Assembly: GCA_026770705.1 (NCBI GenBank)
Contig: JANJGN010000151.1
Coordinates: 1 to 64,000, forward strand
Source of the DNA: Isurus oxyrinchus
Lineage: Eukaryota
DNA: 64,000 nt
Direction of reading: 5' to 3'
Shown: positions 1 through 12,265 of the stretch, piece after piece
Layout: each line of letters begins with the position of its first letter
How positions within the stretch are numbered: position 1 is the first letter of the stretch
The notes under the pieces: model-generated
Seen by the model: only the letters and a program-made list of their open reading frames with translations
Databases searched by the model: none
What the model was told of the DNA's origin: nothing
Program-made: the position numbers and the translations under genes

Positions 1-489
1 CATTCAGTAGTAAATCAGGCAGGGCCTAGTGTCATACAAGCAGAGACATGTCAAATGCCGCAACAAATGAGATTGTGTCTCATGTACCTTAAACAGAGAC
101 ACAGGTTATTGTAATATTAAGAGTGATATTGTCTGGTGGAACACTGAGACAGGATGTTGCTGAACACTAACGGAGATTATCTATTACAATAATAACTGAG
201 ATGTGACCTAGGGAAACACAGAAGGATATGCATCCTCTTGCAAATAACTAGAAAAAAGGACGAATGCAACATAAAGTGGGTGTGGTCTCGTGTAATTCGA
301 CTGGGGCAGTGTCTGGTGTAATATAGACGTTAGCATTAAGATGTTGTAGTTAGTAATAACAAAAATTGTGCCTGGTGGAACATAAGTGGAGGCAATCTAA
401 TGCAGAAATAGCTAGGATATCATTTAGTGTGACAGTCCAGTGCACTAATAAATGAGTATTGCTTAATTCTCGAATAATGGTTTATAATC

Positions 490-1015
490 AGGCACTGATC
501 TCAAGCCACTTATCTTCTCACCTATTTTGTGTCATCTGCAAATTTGACGATTGTACATTCACTTCCATCATCTAAGTCATTAATATATGGTATAAATAAT
601 TGAGGCCCCAACACTGATCCCTGTGGCTCCCCGCTAGTTACAGATTGCCATCCTGAAAATGCCCCCTTAACCCATCTCTCTGTCTTCTATTAGTTAGCCA
701 ATCCTTTATCCATGCTGAGATATTACCCCCAAAAACGTGGGGTGTTACCTTATTAAGTAGCCTTGTGTGAAGTACCTTACCGAACGCATTTTGGAAATTG
801 AAATACATTACATCTACTGGTTCTCCTTTTTCAATCTTACTTGTTACCTCACCAAAGAATTAAGATTAATTTGTCAGGTCCGTTTTCTCCTTCTTGAAGC
901 CATGCTGATTCTGCTTCATTAGACTATGTACTTCTAAAGGCTTTGCTATTGCATCATTTATAAAAGACTCCAACATTTTCCCAATGACAGATGTTAAGCT
1001 AACTGGCCTGTTTTT
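490..1015 (-). mobile_element. CR1-type LINE RT fragment (degenerate)
   Basis: Reverse complement matches the RT region of the CR1 copy at 1810-4400 (ttgtgtcatctgcaaattt = KFADDTK; cactgatccctgtgg = PQGSV). Confidence 0.8.
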
Positions 1016-1809
1016 CTACAAACCCCAATTCCTCTGTCAGGGCAGAAATGTAAACCCCATCCCACTCCACTGCTGATCCAACCAACATCAAAACGGGAAC
1101 AGCAGCAACATACGGAACAATGGGGGAGGCGGCCGTGCGCATCGCATTCACACATAAATCTGTCTTCTGCCTCTTAGCTTAAATCTCTGCCCCCTGGTTA
1201 TTGACTCCTCTAATAATGGAAAAATTGCCTTCCAATCCACCCTACCTGTGCCACTCATAATCATATACATATCTCTCAGGTCCCTTTCAGCCTTCATTGC
1301 TCCAAGGAAAACAACCTGTGATGACACTTTTGGCCCTCTATCACTACCTGCCTTTTTGGGGGCCTATAGTACATACCCAATCTCGTGTTTGCTCTTTTGG
1401 CGTTTCTTACTTGTACCTACGGGGTTTCATTTGATGACCCTTCTAAAATATGATCATTCCCCAAGATTCCTTGATCTATGTTGCAACCCCTCCCCCATCC
1501 CGCCCACCGCCCCCCCCTCCCCCGCCCCCCCCCCCCCAAACCAACTCTTCTATCCCTCTCACCACCTCGTTCAAACACACTATAAGCAGGAAGGTTGAGC
1601 TGCCAATCCTGGCCATCCTTTAGCCAAGCCTTGGTCATAGCTATGATATCATGCCCTTCGTGCATATCTGGGTCCACAGCTCCTCACGCTCCTAGCATTA
1701 ATTATATTCCATTTGTGTTCCATTTGAAAATGTTTAAAATGGAACATTTGAATGGAACATTTAAAATAGAACATTTTAACAAGCACACCCAGAAATTGAT
1801 TTCTGCTTA

Positions 1810-4398
1810 TCGATGAGTATAAGGAGCATAAAATGTTAGTGGAGGTTGTATATAGACCCAAAACTGCTGTGGTGAAGCTGGGACTGGAATTAAGCAGGAA
1901 ATTAGAGAAGTATCCAATAAAGAAACATCTGTAATTATGGGTGACTTTCATCTGCATATAGTTTGGCCAAATCAAATACTGTAGAGGAAGAATTCCTGGA
2001 GTGTATACGGGATGGCTTTCTGGACCAATGCGTTGAGAAACGAACTAGAGAACAGGCCATTCTTGACTGGGTATTGTGTAATGAGAAAGCAATAATTGGC
2101 AATCTAGATGTGCCAGGCCCCTTGGGGATGAGCGGCCATAAAATGATAGAATTCTTCATCAATATGGAGAGTGACATAGTTGATTCTGAAACTGGGGCCT
2201 TGAACCTTAATAAAGGAAACTACGATGGTGTGAGGCGTGAGTTGGCTATGATGGATTGGGAAACGTTACTTAAAGGGATGACGGTGGACAGGCATTGGCA
2301 AACATTCAAAGAGCACATGGGTGAACTGAAACAATTGTTATTCCTGCCTGGCGCAAAAGTGAAACAACAAACGTGGCCAAACCATGGTTTACGAGAGAAA
2401 TTAGAGATAGTATTAGATGCAAGGAAGAGGCATACAAATTGGCCAGGAAAAAAAAGACCTGAGCATTGGAAGCAGATTAGAATCCAACAAAGGAGGACCA
2501 AGGTATTGATAAAGAAGGGGAAAATAGAGTACCAGAATAAGCTTGCAGGGAACATAAAACCTGACTGTAAAAGATTCTATAGGTATGTGAAGAGAAAAAG
2601 GTTGGTGAAGACAAATGTAGGTCCCTTACAGTCAGAAACAGGGGAATTTATAATGGGGAGCAAAGAAATGGCTGACCAAGTAAATACATACTTTGGTTCA
2701 GTCTTCACAAAGAGGTCACAAATAACATACCAGAAATGTTGGGAAACTCAGGGTTTAGAGAGAGGGAGGAACTGAAAGAAATTTGTATTAGTAGGGAAAT
2801 GGTGTTGGGGAAATTGATGGGATTGAAGGCCGAAAAATCCCCAGGGCCTGATAATCTACATCCCAGAGCACTTAAGGAAATGACACTAGAAATAATGGAT
2901 GCATTGGTGATCATCTTCCTAGATCCTATAGACTCTGGTACAGTTCCTGCAGATTGGAGGGTTGCTAATGTAACCCCACTATTTAAAAAGAGAGGTACAG
3001 AGAAAACAGGAAATAAAAGGCCAGTCAGCCTGATGTCGCTAGTGGGGAAAATTCTAGAGGCCATTATAAAAGATTTAATAGCTGAGCACTTGGAAAATAT
3101 TGGCAGAATCGGACAGTCAGCATGCATTTACGACAAATTTATTGGAATTTTTCGAGGATGTCACTAGTGGAGTTGATGAGGGGGAGCCAGTGGATGCGTT
3201 TTAGTTGGACTTTCAGAAGGCTGTCGACAAAGTCCGACAGAAGAGATTAGCATGTAAAATTAAAGCGTATGGGATTGGGGAAAGTGTGTTGAGATGGATA
3301 GAAAACTGGTTGGCAGACATGAAACAAAGAGGAGGAATACACGGGACATTTTCCGAATGGCAGGCAGTGACAAGTGGGGTACCTTAGGGATCGGTGCTGC
3401 GTCCCCAGCTATTAACAATAGATATTAATGATTTAAATTAGGGAACTAAATGTAATACCTCTAAATTTGCAGATGACACAAAGCTGGGTGGGAGGGTGAG
3501 CTGTGAGGAGGATGCAGAGCTGCTTCAGTGTGACTTGGACAGGCTGAGTGAGTGGAAAAATGCATGGCAGGTGAAGCATAATGTGGATAAATTTGAGGTT
3601 ATCCACTTTGGATGCAATAACAGGAAGGGAGATTATTATCTGAATGGCTATAAATTCAGAGAGGGGAATGTGCTACGAGAGCTGGGTGTCGTCGTACACC
3701 AATCGCAGAAGGTAAGCATGCAGATGCAGCAGATGCAAAAGAGGGCAAATGGTACGTTGACCTTCATAGCAGAGGATTCCAGTACAGGAGCAGGATGTAT
3801 TGCTGCAATTGTACAGGGCCTTGGTGAGACCACACCTGGAATATTATGGGCAGGTTTGGGCTCCTTATCTGAGGAAGAATGTTCTTGCTATAGAGGGGGT
3901 GCAGCGAACGTTTATCCAACTGATTCCTGGGATGGCAGGACAGACATCTGAGGAGTGATTGATTTGGTTACGATTATATTCGCTTGGGTTCAGAAGAATG
4001 AGAGCAGAATCTCATAGAAGACTATAAAATTCTAACAGGGCCAGACAGTGTAGATGCAGGAAGGATGGTCCCGATGGCGGGGGAGTCCAGAACCAGAGGT
4101 CACAGTCTGTGGATACGGGGTAGACCATTTAGAATTGAGATGAGAAGAAATGTCTTCACCCAGAGAGTGGTGAGCCTATGGAATTCGCTACCACCGAAAG
4201 TATTTGATGCCAAAATAACGCATGCTTTCAAGAAATAGTTAGATATAGCTCTTGGGGCGAAAGGGATCAAAGGGTAAGGGCAGAAAGCGGGAGCAGGCTA
4301 TTGAGTTGGATGATCAGCCACAATCATGATGAATGGCGGAGCTGGCTCGAAGGGCCTATGGCATAGCCCTGCTCCTACTTTCTATGTTTCTATGTTTT
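1810..4398 (+). mobile_element. CR1-type LINE, 5'-truncated, frameshifted ORF2 (end of endonuclease + RT)
   Basis: ORF pieces 1963-2775, 2736-3167, 3205-3387 and 3496-3951 carry KSPGPD, DW..ANVTPLFKK, DFQKA.DKV, SGVP.GSVL and KFADDTK; ends in a (TTCTATGT)n tail at about 4380-4398. Confidence 0.93.
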
Positions 4399-4465
4399 TA
4401 TATTTTCTAAACACGAAATATTTATTTTTTGCGAGCAAACGCATTTGGGAATATGTCCAATAGAT

Positions 4466-4512
<47 letters not shown>

Positions 4513-4545
4513 ACGAGAGAGAGAGGTGGGGGGGGGGGGGGGTGG
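4466..4545. repeat. (TG)n(AG)n microsatellite plus poly-G
   Basis: Directly visible. Confidence 0.95.
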
Positions 4546-5486
4546 AGAGAGAAATAGACAGTGACCGGCAAGAATACACAGAACCCTCACACGTTCTCAA
4601 GTCCAGGTATCAGGGGCACAACAGAAGAGTTCAGGGAGACTGCTTGCGGGACCGCAGGCAGTGCTGATTGTCACAAACTGCGGCAATGATCATAGGCTTT
4701 TGGATAGATGCAGGAAGCAATGGGGGCCGATATGCTGGCGAAGACCACTCAAACTTCTCCTCCCTCCTCTCCCACCCCTGCCCCCCACCTTGATTCCGAA
4801 AGCCTCGACTGACAGGAGGCTCCAAATAAAGCGCAGGGTCCCAGAGCGCAAATAATGTGGCCAATATATCGATGGAGTTTTCACTTTTGGCTGTCAACCA
4901 ACATTGTTATTTGATTGTTTCATTCATTTTTAATTTTCGCTCTGTTTGCCCATTCCAACATTGATACGACTCTCTTTTATTCATCAATCTATAATTCTAA
5001 TTGCTTCTCTGACAAGCTTTTTATCCCAGTCAGTGTCAGCATGTACATTTATATCTGAAGCTATGTCAATCATCATATAAAATCTATCAATCTGTTTTTC
5101 CTGCTCCTTTGTCTCCGGAACGAAGAGTCCTTAAATGGCAAAAACGTTTTCTATCTATTTTATCACANNNNNNNNNNNNNNNNNNNNNNNNNNNNNNNNN
5201 NNNNNNNNNNNNNNNNNNNNNNNNNNNNNNNNNNNNNNNNNNNNNNNNNNNNNNNNNNNNNNNNNNNNNNNNNNNNNNNNNNNNNNNNNNNNNNNNNNNN
5301 NNNNNNNNNNNNNNNNNNNNNNNNNNNNNNNNNNNNNNNNNNNNNNNNNNNNNNNNNNNNNNNNNNNNNNNNNNNNNNNNNNNNNNNNNNNNNNNNNNNN
5401 NNNNNNNNNNNNNNNNNNNNNNNNNNNNNNNNNNNNNNNNNNNNNNNNNNNNNNNNNNNNNNNNNNNNNNNNNNNNNNNNNNNNNN

Positions 5487-5731
5487 CTGTATCACTGTAT
5501 CTGGAATCCCCACTTTGTTCACGTTTTCATAGAGCTCTTTCCGCGCTTTGTATCTCTATGTGTCTGTAATCCCACCATGTTCAGGTTTTTGTACAGCTCT
5601 CTCCGTGCTCTGTATCACTGTGTGTCTGTAATCCCACCATGTTCAGGTTTTTGTACAGTTCTCTCCGTGCTCTGTATCACTATGTGTCTGTAATCCCACC
5701 ATGTTCAGGTTTCTGAACAGCTCTCTCCGTG
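5487..5731 (-). repeat. 62-bp tandem array; each unit is a 23-spacer RSS plus a 23-bp linker
   Basis: Minus-strand unit CACAGTG-ATACAGAGCACGGAGAGAGCTGT-ACAAAAACC-TGAACATGGTGGGATTACAGACA. Nonamers at 5522, 5584, 5646 and 5708 (period 62); array runs into the N-gap 5168-5486. Confidence 0.93.
5584..5622 (-). promoter_or_regulatory. Perfect-consensus 23-RSS
   Basis: Plus strand GGTTTTTGT (5584-5592) + 23 nt + CACTGTG (5616-5622). Confidence 0.95.
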
Positions 5732-5732
5732 A

Positions 5733-5823
5733 TCTAACCCTGAACATTCACAGCTTCAAGTAATGGTGTCACCGACAGCAGATGTTTGTAGAGGCGGGCA
5801 CTAAGACACCAGGGAACTGGAAT
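5733..5823 (-). pseudogene. Truncated leaderless TCR V-delta exon (probable NAR-TCR supporting V)
   Basis: Acceptor tttttttattctccag, then (D)SSSLVS*CPPLQTSAVGDTIT*SCECSGL (FR1 to Cys23, two stops), fused into an RSS spacer. No leader seen upstream; phase-1 start fits the J-like donor at 7222. Confidence 0.72.
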
Positions 5824-6339
5824 CTGGAGAATAAAAAAACGAACATTAATTGTTTGTTTAGCCATGGTTTACCTGGGAGAATTTGTCAATGACATGAAAC
5901 GTTCGTTTTTCTAAACTTGAAGCAAGCCTGTTACAACCGTATTCACCATCATTGAGATGTGATTAAGTGCAGAGATGATAATTTTCTTTTGCATCGAGAA
6001 TTTTTCCAATCTGCACTGCGCGGTCAGAATGGGTGGTGCGAACAGACTCAGTGGGAACTTTCAAATGGCTGATGTACCTATACTACAACAGGAAAAATGG
6101 TAAAAATTGGATTGCACTTTGAAAGTGATAGCACCTCCACGATGGGCCGAATGTCATTCTACCTCTTGGCATGGTTCTATGTTGTATATTACATTTCTGC
6201 TTCTATTTTCCTTGGTGAGTGACACCCCGATGGAACATTTATTATCAGTATGGCAATCAGTTTCCAAAAAATGATTGTATGGGACAATCAGCATCAGCAT
6301 CACTGTGCAAAGCATGATCGAAATGAAAGTGATTGTGAT

Positions 6340-6660
6340 TAATCAGCATTGATTGAAACTTCTCTGTTCCCCATTCTAATGGCCGACCTCTTATGCTGAA
6401 ACTATGGCTCCCAGTTATAGACTTTCCAACCTGAGGAAACTCCCACCTAGAACCTTCCCTCGCAAGCTTCTTAAAGGTATCATGTGTTCTCATGAGATCG
6501 CCCTCATTACTGTAAACTCCAGGGAACACAGGTCCAGTCTACTCAATCCCTTCCCATAGGACAATCCCTTTACTTCAGGAATCAGTCTGATGAAAATTTG
6601 TTCCAAAGCATGTACAACCTTCCCTAAGTTAGATACCTGACTTTACACAGCATTCCATAC
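6340..6660 (-). mobile_element. CR1-type LINE 3' fragment
   Basis: Translates to GDLMRT....GHSFSIRGRP, the CR1 ORF2 C-terminus also seen in the longer copies. Confidence 0.7.
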
Positions 6661-7221
6661 TGGAGTCCTTCTCTCCATAAACATTGCCCACCACCCTTTG
6701 CTCGGATTGTACTTTGAACAGCCCAGAGATCATCCAATCCTTCTCTCCCATTCGATGAATTATTTCTTGCTGGTTCTAAATGAACAGTCTCTCAGTTTAT
6801 AATTTTTTCCTTATGTCCCTGTTCTCCTTTATAAGATTAATGCATCATCCTCACTCTCTCACTGCACTTTGCGTTTTTAATTCACAGTAATCAGGGATAC
6901 AGAGAAATTACAGCAATCCCATCTCTCAAACATCGACATTCAATAAAGAGAAATGTCTGCAGTTCCAAACTTTCACATTTCGATCTGAGGATGGAAAAGG
7001 AGGAAATGATTGGGTATATGAAGACAATTGAAACAAATGGCGGGTAAATGACCCGACTGTCCGATCATACCCTATTCCTAAATCGAAGCCTGCAATGGAA
7101 AAGGTCCCTTAGAAATCGTTTTTTTTAGTTTCGATGTGATTGAAACGATGTTGATCACAAGAAGCTGACTGTGAACAATATCCAGCACAGTCTGCAACAT
7201 GCGGGCTTCAGAGTCACTTAT

Positions 7222-7266
7222 CGGCTGTGACAGTCACCACCATCCTGGATCCATCTACATAATTCG
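7222..7266 (-). pseudogene. J-like segment (probable NAR-TCR J), degenerate
   Basis: Reads NYVDGSRMVVTVTA+G followed by a mutated donor ATAAGT. Upstream are TGGTGTG (7267-7273) and GGTTCTTGA (7290-7298), with a non-canonical 16-nt spacer. Confidence 0.6.
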
Positions 7267-7494
7267 CACACCACTCTCACTCTCCCAGTTCAAGAACCAT
7301 TGACAACTCAACTGCCGGGAAATCATCATCAGGCAGTAGACAATTATACAGCAGGTTTAAATGAATAATCAATATTCAATGTTTCAAAGTCTCTATCTGT
7401 TCAAACTATTCTTTCTGAGGCCCTGAGCTCTGCGTAAATGGTCCTGGGCATGAGATATTCGCTTCATATAAACAGAGAAAAATATCAAAGAAAG

Positions 7495-9604
7495 ATAACT
7501 GAATGGTGGAAATTAAAATTAAAGTGGATCGGCAATGGTTAATATTTAAGGAGCGTATGCATGAATTACAAAAATTATTCATTCCCGTCTGGCGCAAAAA
7601 TAATATGGTTCAACCATGGATTACAAAAGAAATTAGGGATAGTATTAGATCTAACGAGTAGACATAAAAAATCTCCAGAAAAAGCTTCAATCCTGAGGGT
7701 TGGAAGTAGTTTAGAATTCAGCAAAACTGGAAAAAAGACTGATCAAGAAGGGGAAAATGTAGTACGAGAGTAAACTTGCAGGGAACATAAAAATTGATTG
7801 TAAAAGCCTCCATAAATATGCAGAAGAGAAAATGATTAGTAAACAAACACTCACAAACGGGAGAAACGATAATTGGGAACAAAGAAATGGCAAAAAAATT
7901 GAAGAGATATTTTGGTTCTGCCTTCAGAAAAGGCAACACAAATAATTTCCCAGAAATGTTAGGGAACCACGGGCCCAGTGAGAGCGAGGAATTGAAGGAA
8001 ACCAGCATTAGTGAAAAACATTGTGGTGGAGAAATTAATGGGGTTAAAATCTGGAAAATCCCCAGGGCCTGATAATCCACATCCCAGATGTCTAAAGGAG
8101 GTGGCGCTGGAAATATTGGATGCATAGGTGGTCACCTTCCAAAAATCTATAGACTCTGGAACAGTTCCTACATATTGGGGGTGGCAAATGTAACCCCATT
8201 ATTTTAAAAAAAAGGAAGGAGAGCAAAAACAGATAATTACAGAGCAGTTAGCCTAACATCAGTTGTGGGCAAAATGCTAGAGTCTGTTATAAAATAACTG
8301 AACACTTGGAAAGCATCAATGAGATTAGACAAAGTCGGCATCGGTTTATGAAAGGGAAATCATGCTTAACTAATCTACTCGAGTTTTTTAGTAGGATAGA
8401 TAACGGAGAACCACTAGATCTGGTGTATTTGGATTTCAAGAAGATTTTAATAAGGTCCCACCTAAGAGGCTAGTGGACAAAAGCAAAGCACATGAGATTG
8501 GAGGTAATATACTGGCTTGGACTGAGAATTGGTTGACAGACCAGAAACTGACAGTGGGAATAATGGGTCTTTATCCCGGTGGCAGGCCTTGACGAGTGGT
8601 GTACCGCATCGATCAGTGCTTGAGCCCCAGTTATTCACAACATATATAGATAATTTGGATGAGGAAACCAAATGCAATATTTCCAAGTTTGCTGACGACA
8701 CAAAACTGCACGAGGCTGTGAGATGTGAGGAGCATGCAAGAGGGATTCAGGGCAATTTAGACAAGTTTTCTGTGTCGGCAATCACATGGCAAGTGCAGTA
8801 TAACGTGGATAAATATAAAGTTATACGCTTCGGTGTGAAAACAGAAAGTCAGAGCATTATATAAATGGTGATAAATTGGGAAATATGGGTGTACGAAGGA
8901 GTCTGGGTATCGTTGTACACCAGCCAATGAAACTAAACAGACAGGTGCAGCAATTGGGAAGGCAAATGATATGTTGGCCTTCATTTAAAGTGGATTTGAT
9001 TTCAGAAGTAGGGATGTTTTACTGCAGTTGCAAAGGGCCTTGGTGAGAACACACCAGGAGCATTGCGTGCAGATTTGGTCTCTCTACGCAAGAAAAGATA
9101 TATTTGCCGTAGAGGGAGTGGAGCGAATGTTCACGAGGTTGATACTGGGGATGGCAGGACAGTTGTATGAGGAGAGATTGGTTCAACTGGGCCTGCATTC
9201 ACTAGAGTTTAGAAGAATGAGAGGGGTTCTGATTGAAACACATATAATTCTAACAGCGCTAGACAGACTAGATGCAGGAAGGATGTTTCCCTTGGTTGGG
9301 GAGTCTAGAACCAGGGGCCACAGCAGAATACGGGGAAGGCCATTTGCGACCGAAATGAGGAAGATTCCTTCACTCTGAGGGTGGTCAACCTGTAGAATTC
9401 TCGACCAAAGAAGTCTATGGAGTCACTGAGTATATTCAAGAAAAAAATCGACATATTTCTGGATATTAGTGGCATTAAGTGGTATGGACAGAAAGCGGGA
9501 ATATGGTGTTTAGATCCAGGATCAACCATGATAATATTGAACGGCGGAACAAGATCGAAGGGCCGAACGGCCTACTCCAGCTCCTATTTCTATGTTTCTA
9601 TGTT
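7495..9604 (+). mobile_element. CR1-type LINE inserted between the NAR-like V and the J-like segment
   Basis: SGVP, KFADDTK and ESRTRGHS motifs; (TTCTATGT)n tail at about 9587-9604; same family as 1810-4398. Confidence 0.92.
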
Positions 9605-9807
9605 CCACTGTTTCACCGACACCAACCCCGGGGAAGCCTTCACCATCCACACACGCTTCGTAGTTTTAAAACTCAAGTTGTTAACGGTAATAATCCAATC
9701 TCACTACAAACTAGACTGGGGGACAGACGGTATGAGGCTGAACTCTGGGCGTTTAACGGCAGAATTAACTCCGCTTTTTTACTTGTTTTTGTGATAATCT
9801 GCATGAG

Positions 9808-9845
9808 AATGTTTGTATCCCGGGAAGCCGAGGCCAGTCGCTGTG
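9808..9845 (-). promoter_or_regulatory. 22-spacer RSS of the NAR-like V
   Basis: CACAGCG + 22 nt + ACAAACATT. Confidence 0.85.
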
Positions 9846-10311
9846 TAACGTAGTACTGAGCTTTACAGTAATAAGTGGCAGTGCCTTCAACTCTCACATC
9901 CCAAATTTCCAACGAAAATGTCTTTTCTGTTTTATCCATTGACACAAACAATGTCCCCCCGCTGGAGATCCGCTCCCGCTCTGCTCCGGTCTGGGTTTGT
10001 CTGATGAAAAGCACCGTTTGGACAATATCCCAATAACCAGCGTGGAAAACACAGGTAATGGTGAGAGACTGACATTACTTCCTGGTCACCGCTGCCGGGG
10101 TTTGTGTCACTGCTGACTGAAAACTCCTGGAAATTAAACAGAGATAGTTTCATGGACCATCAGAGCCGAATCACAGAACCGGGTTAAACCCCCTGTCTGT
10201 AATTGGGATGGACTCGGGCAGCCTTATATGAAATCCACATAATGTCTGTTTGTGTGATCGGTACTCACGGGGTAAACAGACACACAGGGTGAAAACAAAG
10301 TGGATTCCCAT
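9846..10311 (-). pseudogene. NAR-TCR (IgNAR-like) V segment with leader; pseudogene
   Basis: Leader 10311-10269 MGIHFVFTLCVCLP|GTGAGT. V exon 10126-9846 AVTQTPAAVTRK*CQSLTITCVFHAGYWDIVQTVLFIRQTQTGAERERISSGGTLFVSMDKTEKTFSLEIWDVRVEGTATYYCKAQYYV has the VNAR-type short FR2-CDR2 and an extra FR1 Cys. One stop plus a 1-nt frame mismatch with the leader. Confidence 0.85.
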
Positions 10312-10335
10312 CGTTCTGCTGCCTGGAGCTGGGGG

Positions 10336-10346
10336 TTTATATGACG
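10336..10346 (-). promoter_or_regulatory. TATA box with adjacent CRE half-site upstream of the NAR-like V leader
   Basis: CGTCATATAAA about 25 nt before the ATG; CRE-like motifs are typical of TCR V promoters. Confidence 0.55.
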
Positions 10347-11899
10347 GGGAGTTGGAGACTGCAGCCCTGGACTGCACTGGGAGGCCGGACCTCAGAGCTG
10401 GACTGAAAGATTCTAGGCACGAAAATTAGGCCACGCCTGCCGTTTAAATAAAACGAGAGTTCAAAGGGGCGGAGCTGTTGCACTCAGTCTGTTGCTGCTT
10501 CGGAACTCACGATCCCCAAATTCGGCCTCGTAACCCCACTGGGTGTCGCGTGACACACAGTTTGGGATGCCCTGCTTAATGTGGGGTAATGCTGATTTGC
10601 AGAGGGCAGTATCCGCGAGATCAGTGGTGGGCCGCAAGGATCCACGGTCTCTGGTTGTGTGTTGCGTGAATAACTCTCAGGCTGAATGAGGGAACCCTAT
10701 GACTATCTTTCGCTTCATTGGAGCTGGATGTTAAATCCCCTTCCACATTTCTCTGTTGAACAGGGCGGTGTGAGATGGGCATGATTCTGTCAGTAGGTGC
10801 TGCTGCCCTCCTTCACGCTGTAGTAAGGAGCTGGGAGGTGGTTCCATGTGTATTTACTGTGTGGTCTTACTTCCACTCATTGCAATACTGCCGGGAATTC
10901 ATTAACACCCTGAAGGGGTTGACGGGATCTGGGTTGAGTACCTGATCTGAAGGAGAGAGCCTGAGGCGCCGCTGCTTCCCTCAGTCCAGCCTCTGAGGAT
11001 CAGCTTGCAATATGATACAGCCCATTGACAACATCCAGGCAGATATATACAACATACGCGAAAAACAACCCCCCTCTCTCTTTTAAACAAATGCTTCCCT
11101 TCTCTGTTTTGCATTTAAAATGATGTTTCCATTCAGTGAGGATTGGTTTCCAGTTCTGTAATATTCAGAATTATCATTAACAGTGACAGAGTCTGCGAGT
11201 AAAGACTCCAGGACATGACAGAGTTGATGGGAAAGGGACTGTGCAATATTGCAGGCAGACCTCGAAATGTCAATAACGGAAGAAACGGGAAATTCCCGAT
11301 AGCGTCTGGCCGCACAAAAATGGATGACTGTGCGGCACACAAGCAAGGCCGACGGGAAGTCACACAGAACTAGTCGACTGCATTTCACAGAAACATATTC
11401 GATATTCTTATTGACATTCCAGCACAACAGGGTATCCGCAATGTCCTAATATTCACCCAAATACGTGACTCTCATCATAGTGCCCGTTTTTTACCATTTT
11501 TTGCTAATATCCACCAGGCTTTTTTTCCCCACCACCTATACCCATGCCGGGGTCCCGTAGTCGTGTTCGTGAGCCACCACCAGCACGCAGGCGCCTTGGT
11601 GATGACTGCAATGCTCCCAACTGCCGATCACTGGGCTGAGTATGCGCAGACTGTCACATTCAAAGGTCCCGCTGAAACCCCCAGGGAATTCTGTGCTTGT
11701 TTTCCTCCGCCTCTGCCCGGAAAATACCCCGGACAGACAGGTAAGTTCTCATCCTTAACTGGTGAAAAAAAAAATAAAACCCCTTCATGGTGTTTCTCTT
11801 CCACCAGAGTGTCTCAGTGCATAGAACTTTCTGTCACCTTACCCATAAATTGTCCGCTCAAGCTCCCACATTGGAGGCATATAAAACTCATAGTGCAGC

Positions 11900-12265
11900 G
11901 CCAACAGTCTGCTGTTATCTACACTGAAGGAATCCTGAGCGATTGTACATGCTGACTTTCTGGATGAGACGCTGAACGATGGACTCTGGCTACGCTCTCA
12001 GGTGGATTGCGAAATGTCTCTATTCAAAGATTTAAGAAAACAGCAAAGAATTCTCCCCAGTGACCTTGGCCATTATTTATCCTTCATTTAACACCACTGA
12101 AGACAGTTTTGTGCTCGTTTTTTCTCATTACGTTTTGTGGAATCTTGCTCTGCCTACCTTTTGCTGCCACGTTTCCTGCAAAGCAACAGGAAATTTCTAA
12201 TTGGCTGTAAAAGCCATTTGGGCTCCCGGAGGCCGGAAAGGACGCTCTGTAAATACCTGATTGTT
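11900..12265 (+). mobile_element. Old SINE relic, probably Deu-domain type
   Basis: gatgagacgctgaac...ctctcaggtgga...ttctccccagtgaccttggcc resembles the DeuSINE core from memory. Similar relics at about 41760-42040 and 50900-51240. Confidence 0.45.

Noticed and set aside
4820-4900. Minus-strand DILATLFALWD resembling a V end (D.A.YFCAL)
   Set aside because: No Cys, no RSS and no upstream framework.
5109-5693. ORFs spanning N-runs (also 36874-37304, 38785-39080, 41033-41827)
   Set aside because: Assembly-gap artefacts.
5487-5731. CRISPR-like appearance of the 62-bp array
   Set aside because: The linkers are repeated rather than unique spacers, the context is eukaryotic, and the units are RSSs.
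9605-9680. Possible D segment (CACTGTT...CACACAC)
   Set aside because: No credible nonamers at 12/23 spacing.
11790-11850. Minus-strand YALR + CACTCTG
   Set aside because: No nonamer or V framework.
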